Source of the DNA: Octopus sinensis
Taxonomy: Eukaryota
Reading direction: 5' to 3'
Assembly: GCF_006345805.1 (NCBI RefSeq)
Contig: NC_042999.1
Coordinates: forward strand, 71,114,001-71,178,000
Length of the DNA: 64,000 bases
In this document: positions 14,575-28,212 of the stretch, piece by piece
Layout of the letters: each line of letters begins with the position of its first letter
Numbering within the stretch: the stretch's first letter is position 1
Notes under the pieces: generated by a model
Database searches by the model: none
What the model was told of the DNA's origin: nothing
What the model saw: the letters and a program-made list of their open reading frames with translations, nothing else
Position numbers and translations under genes: made by a program

Positions 14575-15815
14575 GGTGCAAGAGTGGCTGGGTGGTAAGA
14601 AGCTTGGCATAACGTTTGTCAGTGGAATTGTTGGTTTTGCGAGTAACACGTGTTTTTTTTTTGCTGCTGTCTTAGCGGTGCGACGTTTTCCCTCTTGTTT
14701 AATAGAGGGGATGAGGAGTTGCGAAAATTTGAATTCTTCTTCTTTAGACTTTGTGAGCTATCCTTCTTCAGACTTTGTGTCGTCTGAGGAAGAAATGGTG
14801 GAGTGTTTGAAGAGGATAGATGAAGTGATGGAGACGAAAAATTATGCAGAGATGACAAAGGAAAGAAGCAAAGACGTGAGGCTGGCGGATATAAGCAAAT
14901 TCAAGGAAGTGATTTAAAGGGAGGGGAAAGAAGTGAAGGTATCACCCCACCCAACACACAAAGAAAAATTGAGAAAATCATAGTTTACAGAACATACTCG
15001 GTAACAGCCTGGAAGATTGAAGTCATGACGACGGATCAAATAGAAAAGGCTCTTAAACCAATCTGGCAAGTAATTTTCTACCTAGCCAGAGGAAAAAACT
15101 TGGAACAGTGAAGGTGCGGTTTCGGAAGGTAGCTACTGCCAGGTTGCACTCAGCAACACCGTTGAGAACTGATGAAGTAGTGTTTCTACCCGAATACCTT
15201 GGGAAACGTGTTTCTAGGGTTAGGGTAGAAGACATACTCCGAGAACTGGATGTAGCCTGGCTGGAAGTTGCCATACTGTTAGGCATGGAGGAGAAGGTGG
15301 TGGTCCTCCAGGCTACCAGAAAACCCTACTGGAACTGGCAAGGACAAAGCCTCGATATAGTGGTACAGGTTGCCGTGGAAGATATCGAAAATATGGTAGA
15401 GACAATTACGGTCGGAGACGCAACACTGAAAGTCAGAGTGGAAGGGAGGATTCCGCGGTGCTATAAATGTGGCCTAAAAGGCCACATTAGAGCGGATTGT
15501 CCTCCATCACCTGTGAAGGCTAAGGAGAGACAAGAGAGTGGGAAAGTGACTGGTGCTCCACTACCCGCGGAGGCTGGGGAAAAGGTGAGTGAAGCGGCAC
15601 TACAGACAAAGAATAGTACCAGCGTCGAAGAAATGGACATTGAAAGGGAAACAGCTGAGAAAAAGAGAAGAAAGAGAAAAAAGGCACACGCTGTAAAGGA
15701 TGAGCCCCCCCATCCCATATCCATCCAGCTATCACCCAAACCCACCCAGCTCCCACTCACACCCGTTCTACCCCAACCACTCCCTACAGCTCTCTCCATG
15801 CCCTATCTGACATAA
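14575..15815 (+). mobile_element. Non-LTR retrotransposon ORF1-like region (gag-like, CCHC zinc knuckle), frameshifted, no ORF2
   Basis: VRVEGRIPRCYKCGLKGHIRADC (C-X2-C-X4-H-X4-C) in the 15108-15815 ORF, followed by a basic and Pro-rich tail. Upstream frames continue across frameshifts. Clade (Tx1/L1-like) is a guess. Confidence 0.75.
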
Positions 15816-15966
15816 ACACATGCACAAACACACAGGAGCCCCAAATTTCCCCACCCTCATCCTTGGAAAATATGTTATAGTGTACAGTGGAGACAATGAA
15901 GTGTATACCAAAATAGACTCATGAGACAGTATTATAAAAGTGAATATATCAGGCGTGATGGGGATG

Positions 15967-15997
15967 CCCGAGTACTTTAGCCGGGTACTTCTGCTAG
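15967..15997 (+). mobile_element. Helitron 3' terminus (hairpin + CTAG)
   Basis: cccg agtactttagc cggg tacttctg CTAG t, the same layout as the termini ending at 30756 and 46905. Confidence 0.7.
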
Positions 15998-16084
<87 letters not shown>

Positions 16085-17399
16085 GTGCAATTTAATATAC
16101 GTGTGTATGTGTGCGTGCACATGTACATCAGAAAGTGTTGATGCACTGACATTGCGTGTATACTTGGAAGCATCGGATTTATTTTCCTGTATATTTAGGT
16201 ATAGACATATAGGAATATGCTTGCAGATATTTTTCAGCTATTCGTGTATTTTGTATGGTAGAAGAACTTATATTTTTTCGTCATTAAATCTGAAAGATAT
16301 ATGTTTATTTTAATATATGAGCTCTGGTAATATTGAAGATGACAAAAATGACCTTTGCAGTGATATTATTAATACTGTGACATTATATTTAGGTGCACTG
16401 ACACAGCCATGTGCTTAAAATATTCGCTTCTCGAATACGTTAAGAAATGTTCTGCTACCATAACCTAGCGGTAACGAAGATTTATAAGGGGAATTTATTC
16501 GACAGAAAGTTTGTGGAAACTTGTCGGAGCGAATGCTTAGTTCCAATAGATTCATCTGTTTTTGTGGCAGATTTAATCTTCCCCGGTTAGACATCACCAT
16601 TAGAAAATTGTTTGTCTTTAATAGAGTTCACTTAGTTGCAAGCATAGGTGAGATGTATGTCTCTGATCTGAGGATAACTTCCTTTCTAATCAAACTCGAA
16701 GGCTACAAATGGTCACAGCTGTTATCCTCCCTTATTTGATTTGACCATTGAACGAAAACAAATCAACGCATGTTGTGACGTTCATGCTTTTATGACTACT
16801 ATCACTGGCATTAGTAAAATAACATCTCATTAACCAAGATTTTCAGCCATTTCATATTAGGTGCACTGTTAGCATATTTGTTTTCATATACAACAGTGAA
16901 GTTATTAAAACTGAGTTTTACTGTGATGATGGATTGGTAGAATCGTGAGAGGCGTGGTATTTAGTTCCGGCCCTTTTGTTAAATTCTGCCGGAGTTAATC
17001 TTACCTTTCATCCTTCTGGGGTAGATAAAATGAATACTGAGAGTAAAGTGTGCCAGAAGATTTAATGAACTTACCCCCAACTTCTGAAATTTGTAGCCTT
17101 GTGCGTATGTCAGAAATAAATACTGAGTTTTAACATAACCTCTCAGCTTTTGTGATTGCTATTGGCGACTGGATTCACATTAACCCTCAACTGGTATTCT
17201 CCTTTCGTGAAGACCTCGAAAGGACAAAAGACTAAGTTATATCTTGGTGGGAGTCGATCTCAGAACGTAAACATTAAGGAGCTAAATATTTCCAGGCATG
17301 TTATTCGTCACTTTACCAATTCCATCAATTCTTTGTCTTCGAGTGAAGATTTTGATATTCTTTTCTTACTTCGGGACAAGGTCAGCATTTTTGAGGAGT

Positions 17400-17557
17400 T
17401 GGGTAGCCGATTACAACTGGTACTTATTTTATTGACCCCGAAAGGATGAAAGTCAAAGTCGAGCTCGGTGGAATTTGAATTTAGAACGTGAAGACAGGTA
17501 AATTATTGTCAAGCATTTGTCCGACATGCTGACCACTTTGCCAGCTCACCGCCTTAA
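17400..17557 (-). mobile_element. tRNA-derived SINE family A, truncated
   Basis: The reverse complement starts taaggcggtgagctggcaaag and contains ctttcatcctttcggggtcaataaaataagtaccagt. Confidence 0.85.
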
Positions 17558-17594
17558 GGCATTTTTAATATTAAAAACATCGCTAGGGGGGGGG

Positions 17595-17787
17595 GTGGGG
17601 TGGCTGGCAGACTCATTAGCATGCCGGGTAAAATGCTTACCAGCATTTTGTTCGTCTTTACGTTCTGAGTTCAAATTCCGCCGGGACGGCCTTTACCTTT
17701 CATCCCTTTTTGGAATGAACACTATGTAACTGACCTACTCTCTCTCCGAAATTGCTGGACTCGTCGCAAAATTTGAAATCAATATTT
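17595..17787 (+). mobile_element. tRNA-derived SINE family A, diverged
   Basis: ctggcagactcattagcatgccgggtaaaatgctta...gttctgagttcaaattccgcc...ctttcatcc. Confidence 0.8.
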
Positions 17788-17794
17788 CTTAATT

Positions 17795-18185
17795 TTTTTA
17801 CTATAGGTACAACGCCTAAAATTTGAGGGAGGGGGATAGTGGATTTCATTGACCACAGTGCGTATATAGTACTTATTTCCTCGACCCCGAAAGGATGAAA
17901 GGCAAAGTTGACCTCGACGGAATTTGAACTCAGAACGTAGCGACGGGTGAAATACCTATTTCTTTACTATCCACAAAGGGCTAAACACAGAGAGGACAAA
18001 CAAGAACAGACAAACGGATTACGTCGATTATATCGACACCAGTGCATAACTGGTACTTATTTAATCGATCCCGAAATGATGAAAGGCAAAGTCGACCTCG
18101 GCGTAATTTGAACTCAGAACGTAGCGGCAGACGAAGTACCTATTTCTTTACTACCCGCAAGGGGCTAAAGACAGAGGGGACAAAC
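17795..18185 (-). mobile_element. SINE family A body in tandem (about 2.3 units)
   Basis: Repeated cgaccccgaaaggatgaaaggcaaagt(c/t)gacctcg..gaatttgaactcagaacgtagcg blocks about 183 bp apart. Confidence 0.9.
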
Positions 18186-18894
18186 AAAATTATGAGAAGC
18201 AGCGGTTGTTCATTTGCACTTGAAAAATAGCTTATATTAAAGTATTCCACAGAATATGCAATTTTATAAAACAGAGTGATATGCAGATAAGAATTTCGAA
18301 ATTCTTTATCGCTATAACATTCTATATCATAAAATAAGAAACACTCGAGTATATATCGTTTGTTTTCCGTATTTTTCTTAGAAGTTTAATAATAAATAAT
18401 CAATATATACGTACGTAACATATGTGCAAAGATAACTGTATAAAAATTGTACATAGAGAGGTTCGTACGTATTCAAACATGCATGAACACATAATTACAT
18501 ACGAAAAGTCTCACTTGTACATACAGGTACACAGGCATTTACGCAGTCACATTCATTAAGCCATTTATATGTTGACGCATTTACAGTTAAAAATCAAATA
18601 CAAAAACGATCAATCTACTGGATAATAATTCACTATCCTCTACAGTTAGGTAAAACAACGATTCTGCTCACCAAGACTTTTCATAAATAAGATGTCTTAT
18701 TATTTCAGCTTCTAAATTTGATCCTCAGAATTAAGATTAAAAGGTAGAATAACAGAATTAAACTCCGCATTATGACCAAACTAACAGAACACTCTTGATT
18801 ATAGGTTCCCTTAACAGTTGTAATGTAAAGATTTATAGCTTCAAATTTTGGCACAAGGCCAACTAATTTTTTTTGGAACGGCATGAATGTATGC

Positions 18895-19120
18895 CTTTGT
18901 GTCTGTGTTTGCCCCACCACAGCTTGAAAAGTGGTGTCGGTTTGTTTACATCCCCGTAACTTAGCGGTTTGGCGAAGGGAACACATAGAATATGTGTCAA
19001 TAGACCGTAGAATAGGTTAAAAACTATTAATGAGAGCTGGGGTCGATTCTTTCGACTAAAGTTCTTCAAGGCGTTGCCCCAGCATAGCCGCAGTCTAATG
19101 ACTGAAATAAATAAAAGATT
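18895..19120 (+). mobile_element. SINE family C, 3' half
   Basis: Matches the reverse complement of 47894-48100 (ccccgtaacttagcggtt...ccagcatagccgcagtctaatgactgaaa). Confidence 0.85.
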
Positions 19121-20335
19121 GACATATAGATACACCCCACCACACACATGATCAGAGTATTATATGCGTGCGTGTGCGCATGTGTGTATTTCCCTCCCCT
19201 CTCTCTTTCTTCCTATGACGTTGCATCTCTTCCACTCGTTGTGGCTATTGATCTCTCTTAAAATGTTATCCCACTTTTATACACACACAGACTCACACAC
19301 ACATGCCCACATATATATACATACATGTATGCAACACAAAAACACATAAATTTACCCATATTACTTTCTGTCTCTATGACTGCCTCTCTCTTTTTGAATG
19401 GGTCTTTTTCTTATAACTTGTTCTCTCTCCCCTCCTCTATCTCTCTGCTTTACAAACAATTCTTCTATATCTATTTTGTCCTTATTTTCTCACTCTTTCA
19501 TTTTATTTTCAACAAGTTTCGCATTACACACAGATACGCGTAGTCACAAGTACATACAATAACAAACACATGCACAATTACAGATACGCACACAGAGAAA
19601 CACACGCACAAGCAAACACAAAAAGACGTATACGCAATCAAATACACGTCTCAATCAATTTCTTTCTCTCTCATTCAAATATCATTCTTTCATTATTTCC
19701 AACACAGCTTTCACACTTTCTCATTGTTCCTCCCCCACTCACTTTCTAACAACGGACACATGTATGTGTGAATAGTAAAAGTGCCAACATAATTCAATTT
19801 ATGTATAATCTAATTTTAAAGACTCTCTTGTCTTACATTATGTAAACACTTTATTTGAAATCCATTTTGCCAGCTTTATCAAATGGCTGCCTTAATTCCT
19901 CGATTCTAACAGCAATTTCACGCCATTTGTCAGCCGAATTAAAATGCTTCATTGTCTGTCTTCCATAACACACAGAGCATTATAACACACCGAGAATCCG
20001 CAACGGCTTAGTTTTCTTAAAATGTTAATCACAAAACTTAATCATTGATTGACTTTAGTATTACCAGAAGATAAAAGACTTTTATATCTTGAAATCTTTC
20101 CAAGTCCTGGAACGAAGGACTTGGCTGAAATCATACTGAATGTATCCAGCAAAAAGTATTCATTTATTTATACATTTATTTATCATTTATAATATAATCA
20201 TAGCTACGCTTATATTGATTTGCGTCGATTTGAAATATGAGTTATTCGTAGTCTATCAGTCTATTACCCATATTTTTGCTGAGGTTGGTTCTTCTTGGTG
20301 TTCACCAGCAGTCACAGCGGCAGCAGAAGCAGCAC

Positions 20336-20490
20336 CACCACAACACCAAAACCACCACCACCACCACCACCACCACCACCACCACCACCACCACCACCAC
20401 TATCATCATCATCATCATCATCATCATCGTCGTCGTCGTCGTCGTCGTCGTCATCATCATCATCATCATCATTGCTGTCATCGTCGTCGT
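20336..20490. repeat. Compound trinucleotide microsatellite (CAC)n-(CAT)n-(CGT)n-(CAT)n
   Basis: Directly visible. It explains the poly-His/Pro/Ser ORFs in the track. Confidence 0.97.
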
Positions 20491-21159
20491 AATCTTTCTG
20501 CTTCTCGTCTCTTCCTTGTCATCATTTGTGAAATGTTTCTCCTCTATGTATACAGAAATAAGAAAGAACACACATTGTAAAAATGCTGGTTCCCGTCCCA
20601 CCATTGATCGTAAAACTAACACATTAACACTGTTGGGATGTTGCTCTTTCCATTCGTTTTCCTTTCCTTTCACTATTACTGTTATTATTGTTGTTCCCCC
20701 TCTCTCACATTTCCTGGCCTTCTCTTCATGCTCACTTTCCCTCTTACTTCCCTATGTCTCTTTCACTTTTCTCTCGCCCCTCCTTAAGTCTTCTATCCCT
20801 TTGCCTCTACCTCTCTCTCTTCTCTCCCCACGTGACCGGTGTTCGGCCAGATCTGACCTTTCTTTCTTGGTTCGACTACCATCCGTGCAACATCTATATT
20901 CCTTCATGTGCTTGTTAAATCTTATTTTCCTGCCGTAAGGCTTTACTTCCACACACCAGCTTAATTTAATTCGTCCTTAGTCGAAAGACACCTGTTGTTA
21001 TGCCCTATTATTTGTATTTGTTTAACATTTCCCTGTCTTTTTTTCCGTCATCCTTGCTTTCCTTGTATCGTCTGTCTGGATATTTTGTTGCTCCTTTTTT
21101 TGCTTCACCTAACTGTTTGGATGTGTTGCGTTCTTGACCCATTTTTGTATATATATATA

Positions 21160-21206
<47 letters not shown>

Positions 21207-21641
21207 TTCAGATGAATTAGGTACTTGAGTTGAGGCACCAGAATTTAGTACGGTATTATCCATACAGTTTCAAAATAATTGAAATCAAAAAAGTAACAGG
21301 ATATCCAGAGTTAATGCAGTACGATCGTTTCAAGCGACTCCGTTTAACTGAACAATGCAATCATTACATCAATTTAAATGCAGAGTAATCCTCAACTGCA
21401 TAAATACATAGAATTAAATTAAATTAAAACAGATGGAGACATTAGCATAATTTTACCTAAAACATCCAAGAAGGTAAGGAGATAGACAAAGATCATGCTA
21501 TTTTCACTTCAGCTTAGAAGCTACTAAGATCTAGCTTGTCACTGGTTTTGGATTCACCGACAAAAATATAATCGAACAATCTCATAAATGCAATGTTCTA
21601 GCATGACCACACTTCAATATTTCATACAAGTAAACACACGG

Positions 21642-21690
<49 letters not shown>

Positions 21691-22331
21691 TACTGTAACT
21701 ATTTTAATATGTATTTGTATTTATTTTTTTCTCATATATAACGTATGTATTGTTATTCTTAAATGGGAAAATAGTAATTACTTCGAAACGCAGTTGAAGA
21801 TAGGCATATAAACAATCTGTTAACATAAAGCACTGCATTTGACCGATCTCTAACCTGCGATTCTAAATAAATCGTACTTGTTACACTTATATCTACAAAT
21901 ATCATCGAATGGATACTGACAATAACCAAAAAGCAATCGTTATATTCAATACTAAATACAAGCAATCTACAAAATGATACTTTTTTATTTCATTTTATTT
22001 CATCTAGTTTCAGCTCACGAGCTGTGGCCATGCTGGGACACCGCCATTAAAGAAATCTTCAGTAATAAAGTACTTGCCTGTAACTTATCTGATATCTGCA
22101 CTCTATTATAAATTTAGTTATCGACACCTGTGGTTATATACAGGTTCAAATGAAGATTAACCGGACTGAAATATAAAGGTACATGGGAAGATATGAGCGA
22201 TTCGACTGCACTAAAATGACTGAAAGAAGTGTAACTATAAGGGCAAAAATAAATTGACATTACAGTATCCAAATTATATTGCCGCTCATTTACAATTTCG
22301 ATTTCCTGCTTTTTAAATGTATGTATGCATA

Positions 22332-22363
<32 letters not shown>

Positions 22364-23780
22364 TGTGTGTATGTGTGTGTGTAAAAAATAAATATTCGTC
22401 ACGGAAGTGGTGTTAATTCTGAATGGCAATCTCTTTATATGCTACTTAAGCTGGATGTATTATTATTAGAATACCAAATACTACGGCATTCTTCTCGAGA
22501 GATCCATCGATATCGACAATACGGTGCTAAGTGCACAGAAGTTTATGATAGTAGACGAGAGCCGTCTGGTATGGGCACTGGAACAGCAAGAGCGCATGAT
22601 GTCATCGTACTGCATTTTCTCAGTAACAGGAATCTACTTGCCGCATATCAGCCAAATTGCACTGCCAACACATATTGTGTATGTATGTGTGCATGTACAT
22701 GCATGCATACATGCACACAACAAAATTTGTTTCAACTCACGAATTCACATGAAGAATCTTGCAAACCAAACACACACACACACGCGAATGAGAGTGTGTA
22801 TATGTGTATACATAAAAAGCTATTAAGAGTATCAAAAATGTCGATCGTCTGTGACTTAACCTGTGATGTTTCGACCTAGCACAACATGAACGATATAACG
22901 GTTATGTCATGATTGGGCTCGTAGTTAGCTCTCACGGCTGTCGAGAAATGACAGCCAAGTTATGAGAAAGAACACTATAAAATCATTAAAAAAAGTATAA
23001 TTGAGAGCGTAGTTATAGATATATAAAACAGCAATAACGGCAAACATGTAGCATAATGTCAACTACTTTACATAACCAATATATAATTAATTTCGTTGAT
23101 GCTTAGCCAAAGCTATCGGAGGATGAGAATTTAGCTGCTTTATTTCTGAATACGATACATTTCCTTTTTTCAGTGAAAACCTCACACATTTTTTCTGCAA
23201 TATGATTAGAGGGACATCAAAGTAGTCTGAAGGCTTAACGCCATCATAACGTATTCATCGTTTAAGGTTGTTAGCTCTTGTGAAACTAGTCCTTCACTGG
23301 AATTGATCAATTCTGTACGGTTTCTCCAATATGAAAGCATAATTCCGTTTCCATGAGATCATAAATCAACTTTTGAATCAATTTCGGTCACATTATTGGT
23401 GTTTTTTTCCTATCGATATTGAGAGGTCTTGAAAAGTTTACATAGATTAAACATGTGCACACACATGCTCGCAAATACATTTATATGTCACTCCTTTCTT
23501 TCTCTTTCTCTCACTTGCTCGCTCACTCACTTTGTCTTTGTACACCCCCCTATATATACATATATGTGTGTGTGTATGTATACAGACGTATAGATTAAAA
23601 CATTCACACTCACTCTTACACGCTAGCGCATACACACATATATATACCTAATATATATATGTATAAATTACCTCTTAATTAAAAAAAGATATATATATAT
23701 ATATCTAAGAAATTAAAGAAGGAAAATTCACACATTTTACATAGTTTTAATATAATTTTTAATATATCTTGTATTGTGTT

Positions 23781-24555
23781 TATCGACCGGTTTCGCTTTC
23801 TCTATTCATGACATTGAAATATATTTAGATACGTATTTTCTTAAGAAAATTTTTTGTCCATGTTGTGTGTGGAGTTTATGAATGAACGATTCAACAAGTA
23901 GAAAAATCTAAGGGGACCTAATTGGTTATCGTTATTATTGTGGACAGGGGAGATAATTGTTCATCTTTCGGTATGCGTGGGGAATATATATATATACATA
24001 AAAATTCAAAAACTAGAGTAGTGGAGAGAAATATGTACAGTGATAGGTATGTAATCATGAATTAAAATATGTATAGCGAACAAAGTTTGTTAAGCGTCCA
24101 TATTTGGACGAGTTCTGTATTTTTCGATGAATAAATTTTTCTATAATTTGTAGAGTCATATGTATGTACGATCGAAAGTGCAGTCTTTGTCTAGCAGAAA
24201 AAAATCATCTTGAAGAAACACCACCACCCAGGAACCTGTCTGAGCTAAACGTTCTTGCAAAGAAACTGTATCTTTGCACTGGTAGAAGGGGAAAACTGTG
24301 AAGTTTGGTTTGATGTTACCTGGGCATCTCTCTATGTGTTCACTTAAAGGAATTTTTCTGTACTGCGGGAACCGGATCTGCTCTTTATGTAGAGTGGTTC
24401 TCCGTTTCAATGTCATACTGGTCTGCCCTATATAGAGATGTTCACAACCCAAGCAGGTTATTAGATAAATTAGGTTCTCAGAGGCACAAGTGAAGTCGGT
24501 TTTAATTGTGAACCTCTCTCCTTGTTTCAAAGGGAAATCCTAGCCTTCAAGTAAG
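23781..24555 (-). mobile_element. Penelope-like (Neptune-type) 3' fragment: GIY-YIG endonuclease + 3' UTR ending in a decayed hammerhead
   Basis: FTCASENLIYLITCLGCEHLYIGQT...LHKEQIR...LSEHIERC (CCHH-type GIY-YIG). It resumes as KNLFIEKYRTRPNMDA* after a 100-bp insertion. A remnant TCATGA...GAAA-CCGG-TC lies at 23781-23815. Confidence 0.88.
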
Positions 24556-24559
24556 TTGG

Positions 24560-25680
24560 GGTATATTCCACAGTATTCTAACTGTTCCTAGTTACACTAT
24601 TTTCTGGAGCTGTACTAAACTAGATTTTATGCGTATTTCCTCTATCCATCTGTTCAAATCTTTAGGGATAGTTCCCAATGCGCCTATAACTATTGGGATA
24701 AATTTTACCCGCACTTTCCATAGTGTCTGTAATTCAATGGCTAGGTCCTGGTACTTTGCTATTTTTCTATACATCTCATATTGATTTTTTTCATCATTTG
24801 GAACTGTAAAATCAATTATCTGGCACTTTCTCTTCTCTTTATCTACTACTACTAAATCAGGCCTTCTAGCTACTATTACTCTGTCAGTCTGAATGTTAAA
24901 GTCCCATAACATCTATTTCTTACTTTTTAGTACTTTAATAGGTTCATGTTCATACCATTTATCGGTATGTTCAAATCCTAGCTTTCTACATAACTCCCAG
25001 TGGATTACTCACCCTAGATTGTCAAATCTTTTCTTGTATTCTTTCTGTGCCAGCATGCTACATTCACTTACAATATAAGTAACGCTTTACTCTCTTGATT
25101 TACATGACCTACATTGTGAATCTACTTGGCTTTTATTAAATTAGTCCTTAATGCTTGATTTTGTGCTGCTACTAACACACTTTCCGTCTCCCTTTTCAGT
25201 CTTCCTTTCTGCAACCATAACCATGTCGCACTACTAGTATTTGCTGCAACTATCTTTGGGAATCTACCGTGCAACGTCTTCTCCTGCCGTCAGACAATTT
25301 CTGTTCTTTTTTCTGGTTTTTAAGTTCGTTTGGGTTTTTGGTTTCCCTATGTCTTGCTGTGGCTCTAGCAGCTTTTAATAAACTTTCTTCACTATTACTT
25401 ACATAGGTTCTATATCTACTCTAACTAATTCCACACAGTCTTCTACTGATATTAACCCTCTTTCGCTTCCCTTTCTTTGTAGGCATAATCTTGCTACTCC
25501 TGCCCTTGGGTGGAGTCCTCCATTTATATTGAATTTCTTCCTAGTTCTCCCGTTTAACTTTGTTAATTCAGTTTTTGTCCAGTCTACAAGAGCTGCCGAG
25601 TATTTAAGTAATGATACTGCCTCAGTATTTACTAGATTCGGACCATTTATCTTTGACTTCATTAGGTGAGGTGGAGATAG
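24560..25680 (-). mobile_element. R4/Dong-type LINE 3' fragment (post-RT region + restriction-like endonuclease)
   Basis: LWDFNIQTDRVIVARRPDLVVVDK...KIAKYQDLAIELQTLW...PIVIGALG (PD-(D/E)XK RLE) and LHPRAGVARLCLQRKGSERGLISVEDCV. Confidence 0.92.
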
Positions 25681-25919
25681 AAAGAGTAGAGCCACTTGAG
25701 AGAGATGTGGAAGCAAAATGAAAGAGAGCTGGGAGAGCAGGATGGGAAAGAGGTACAGGTGTTTTTTAAAAACCATGTGTGGTACTCATATGCATTTATG
25801 CGTATGAGTGTGTACATAAATCGTGAGAGACGCCAAACCTTAAAGTTAGGGTAAATCTGACCAACTGGATAATGTAAACGTCTACTTACAAAGAGAGGAG
25901 GAAAAACATTTTTATTTGA

Positions 25920-26019
25920 AGCTCAGACAGGTTCCTGGGTGGTGGTGTTCAAGATGATTTTTTTCTGCTAGACAAAGACTGCACTTTCGATCGTACATAC
26001 ATATGACTCTACAAATTAT
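25920..26019 (+). repeat. Near-identical inverted copy of 24143-24246
   Basis: agctcagacaggttcctgggtggtggtgt...gactctacaaattat appears on + here and on - at 24143-24246. Confidence 0.93.
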
Positions 26020-27322
26020 GCCTGCAACAAGAATGCCATTAAACTATGCCATTGTCAACGAACTAAAAATGGCAAACTTTGCGAAGGAGTATGTAAAAGA
26101 AATACAGTGAGAGTTTTGTATGTACTGGTACTGTACAGCCTACTGTAAAAATGATAAGAGAACAAAGCAAAAACAACAGTTACAGGCTGGTAAAGTGATC
26201 TCTGTTTGTAGTCCAGAAAAAGTTAAAAATAAAACAAAGCTAAAAATAGGGTATAAATGAGAAGAATGCAGCAAAACAGGTTTCTGCTAGAGTAAAATTT
26301 AATGAAGCCTGGAGATTTGGGAAAGGGATAAGGGATATAGGATTTTTCAGAAACAAAAGTTTGATGTTATCTGAATTTTGAAAAGACATGGTTTAACAAG
26401 GTATACAAAACCCCCATTGCACAAAAAATGCAAATGGATTATGAAGACAGAATATAATGCTTTCTGCTGTTGGCTAAACTGATTTTATATTCTTTTGCAA
26501 TGCTTTATAACTATATTCATATAGGATGTGATATTTTCACTGTAAATAACTCTTTCTATTTGATTTCCTGCTTTATGTTCCGCTATACTGTTATCATTAC
26601 TTTGTGTAAAATGTTCTCTGCTCCAGCTAAAGTGCTTTTATTATTTTTCTGACCTTGTTTTAAGACTGCATTCGTGTATGATAATTTTAGTAAATGACTG
26701 TTCTTCATGTTTGATTTCCCGATTTCCTGATATTCTCCTCTCTACCAGTAAATTGTCGCTATAAAAGGTTAGCAATATTATCACTAAAAAAAGCTCTATG
26801 TGTTGTATGTTTTGTTCAAGTTTTTCTTCCTGTCAAACGGCAGCTTCATGTTTTAATAAACATGAAATGCTCAAATACACTAACAATTCCTTTTAATATT
26901 CCCTACTGAATTCGAGAGTGTCTTCTATACCCATTTGAAGTATATGCCATCAACTACAGTAGATATTTCGAATATTCATCGTGGAGAGACGGCGGTTGAA
27001 TTTACTTTATACATCTGAATGTATCTGTATGCATTTTAGAGTATGTGGGTGTATGTGTGTGTGTGTGTATGATATAAGCTGTTGGTTACAAATTATATAG
27101 CTCAGATGGAGTCAATTCATTTCCCTTCAAAATGATATCTTGTGAATAAATTAACTGGAGTTAGCGCAGTATTGAAATTACACTGGATGTTTTCACGTGT
27201 CTTGAACCTTGGCAATAAACGTCATCTATGAAATTATTGGAATGAAATGAAATGCCACACGGAAAGCCTCGTATTCATTGATATCTCTGTTTTCACACGT
27301 CCACACACAGATAAATATATTC

Positions 27323-27353
<31 letters not shown>

Positions 27354-28212
27354 TGTATGTATGTATGTATGTATGTGTGTGTGTGTATGAGTGAGTGTGT
27401 GTGAGTGCATGCGTGTGTGTGTGAGTGAGTCTTTGCACACACAAATATATACAAGTATTCATGCATGTATGCATTAGGTATGTTGTACGTACGTAGGCAT
27501 ATCGTTTGTTTAACACCCAGAGGCCCCATACTCGAGTATACATTAATATGCATTATCTTCCTCTCTCTGCGATAGCCGAAATTTTGCAAGTCATTGTGAT
27601 ATATACATATATCTTTTTGGATAATATTTATTTATCTATATTCATGTGTACATACAAATACACTCACTCTCTCACATCTCCGCCCCACACGCACATATGG
27701 AATGTGTTCATACATCTTACCTTTTATGTTGAGATCATGAGATGAAATGTCTTGAGTCCTCATAACACGTAACCTGATGAAGGCCAATCATACTGATGTT
27801 GAAATGTTTGTCAGATATTTTGAAGTGTTTTGCAGGCAACTCAGGCTTCTCACTTTCTTGTTCAGGAAATGTTTCTTACTTTCAACATCATAGCAACCAA
27901 GATATTAAAAGTTATTGACCTTCAGTTGTATACCATCGTTGCAAGAAATTGGCCGGTGATTTTCAAAATGATATATTGTCAATAAATTAACATAAAGTAA
28001 AAAGTTGACTGTATCTTCAAAGTTTCGCAAATCACTATGCTCATCAGAGTGTTTGACGAAATAAACGACAGGTGAAACTGCAGAAGCACTATTAGAGAGT
28101 TCCTAGAAAAATAAATTTGATATTGTTTTCCTATACAGAGTAATTCTCCAATATATATATTATTTAAAATAGTTTGATATGACTTCATGCAAGATTTGCG
28201 TGTCTCTAATAG

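Noticed and set aside
26020-26110. piggyBac-like Cys-rich C-terminus (CHCQRTKNGKLCEGVCKRNT)
   Set aside because: Cys spacing is incomplete and no transposase core or TTAA-flanked TIR was found.
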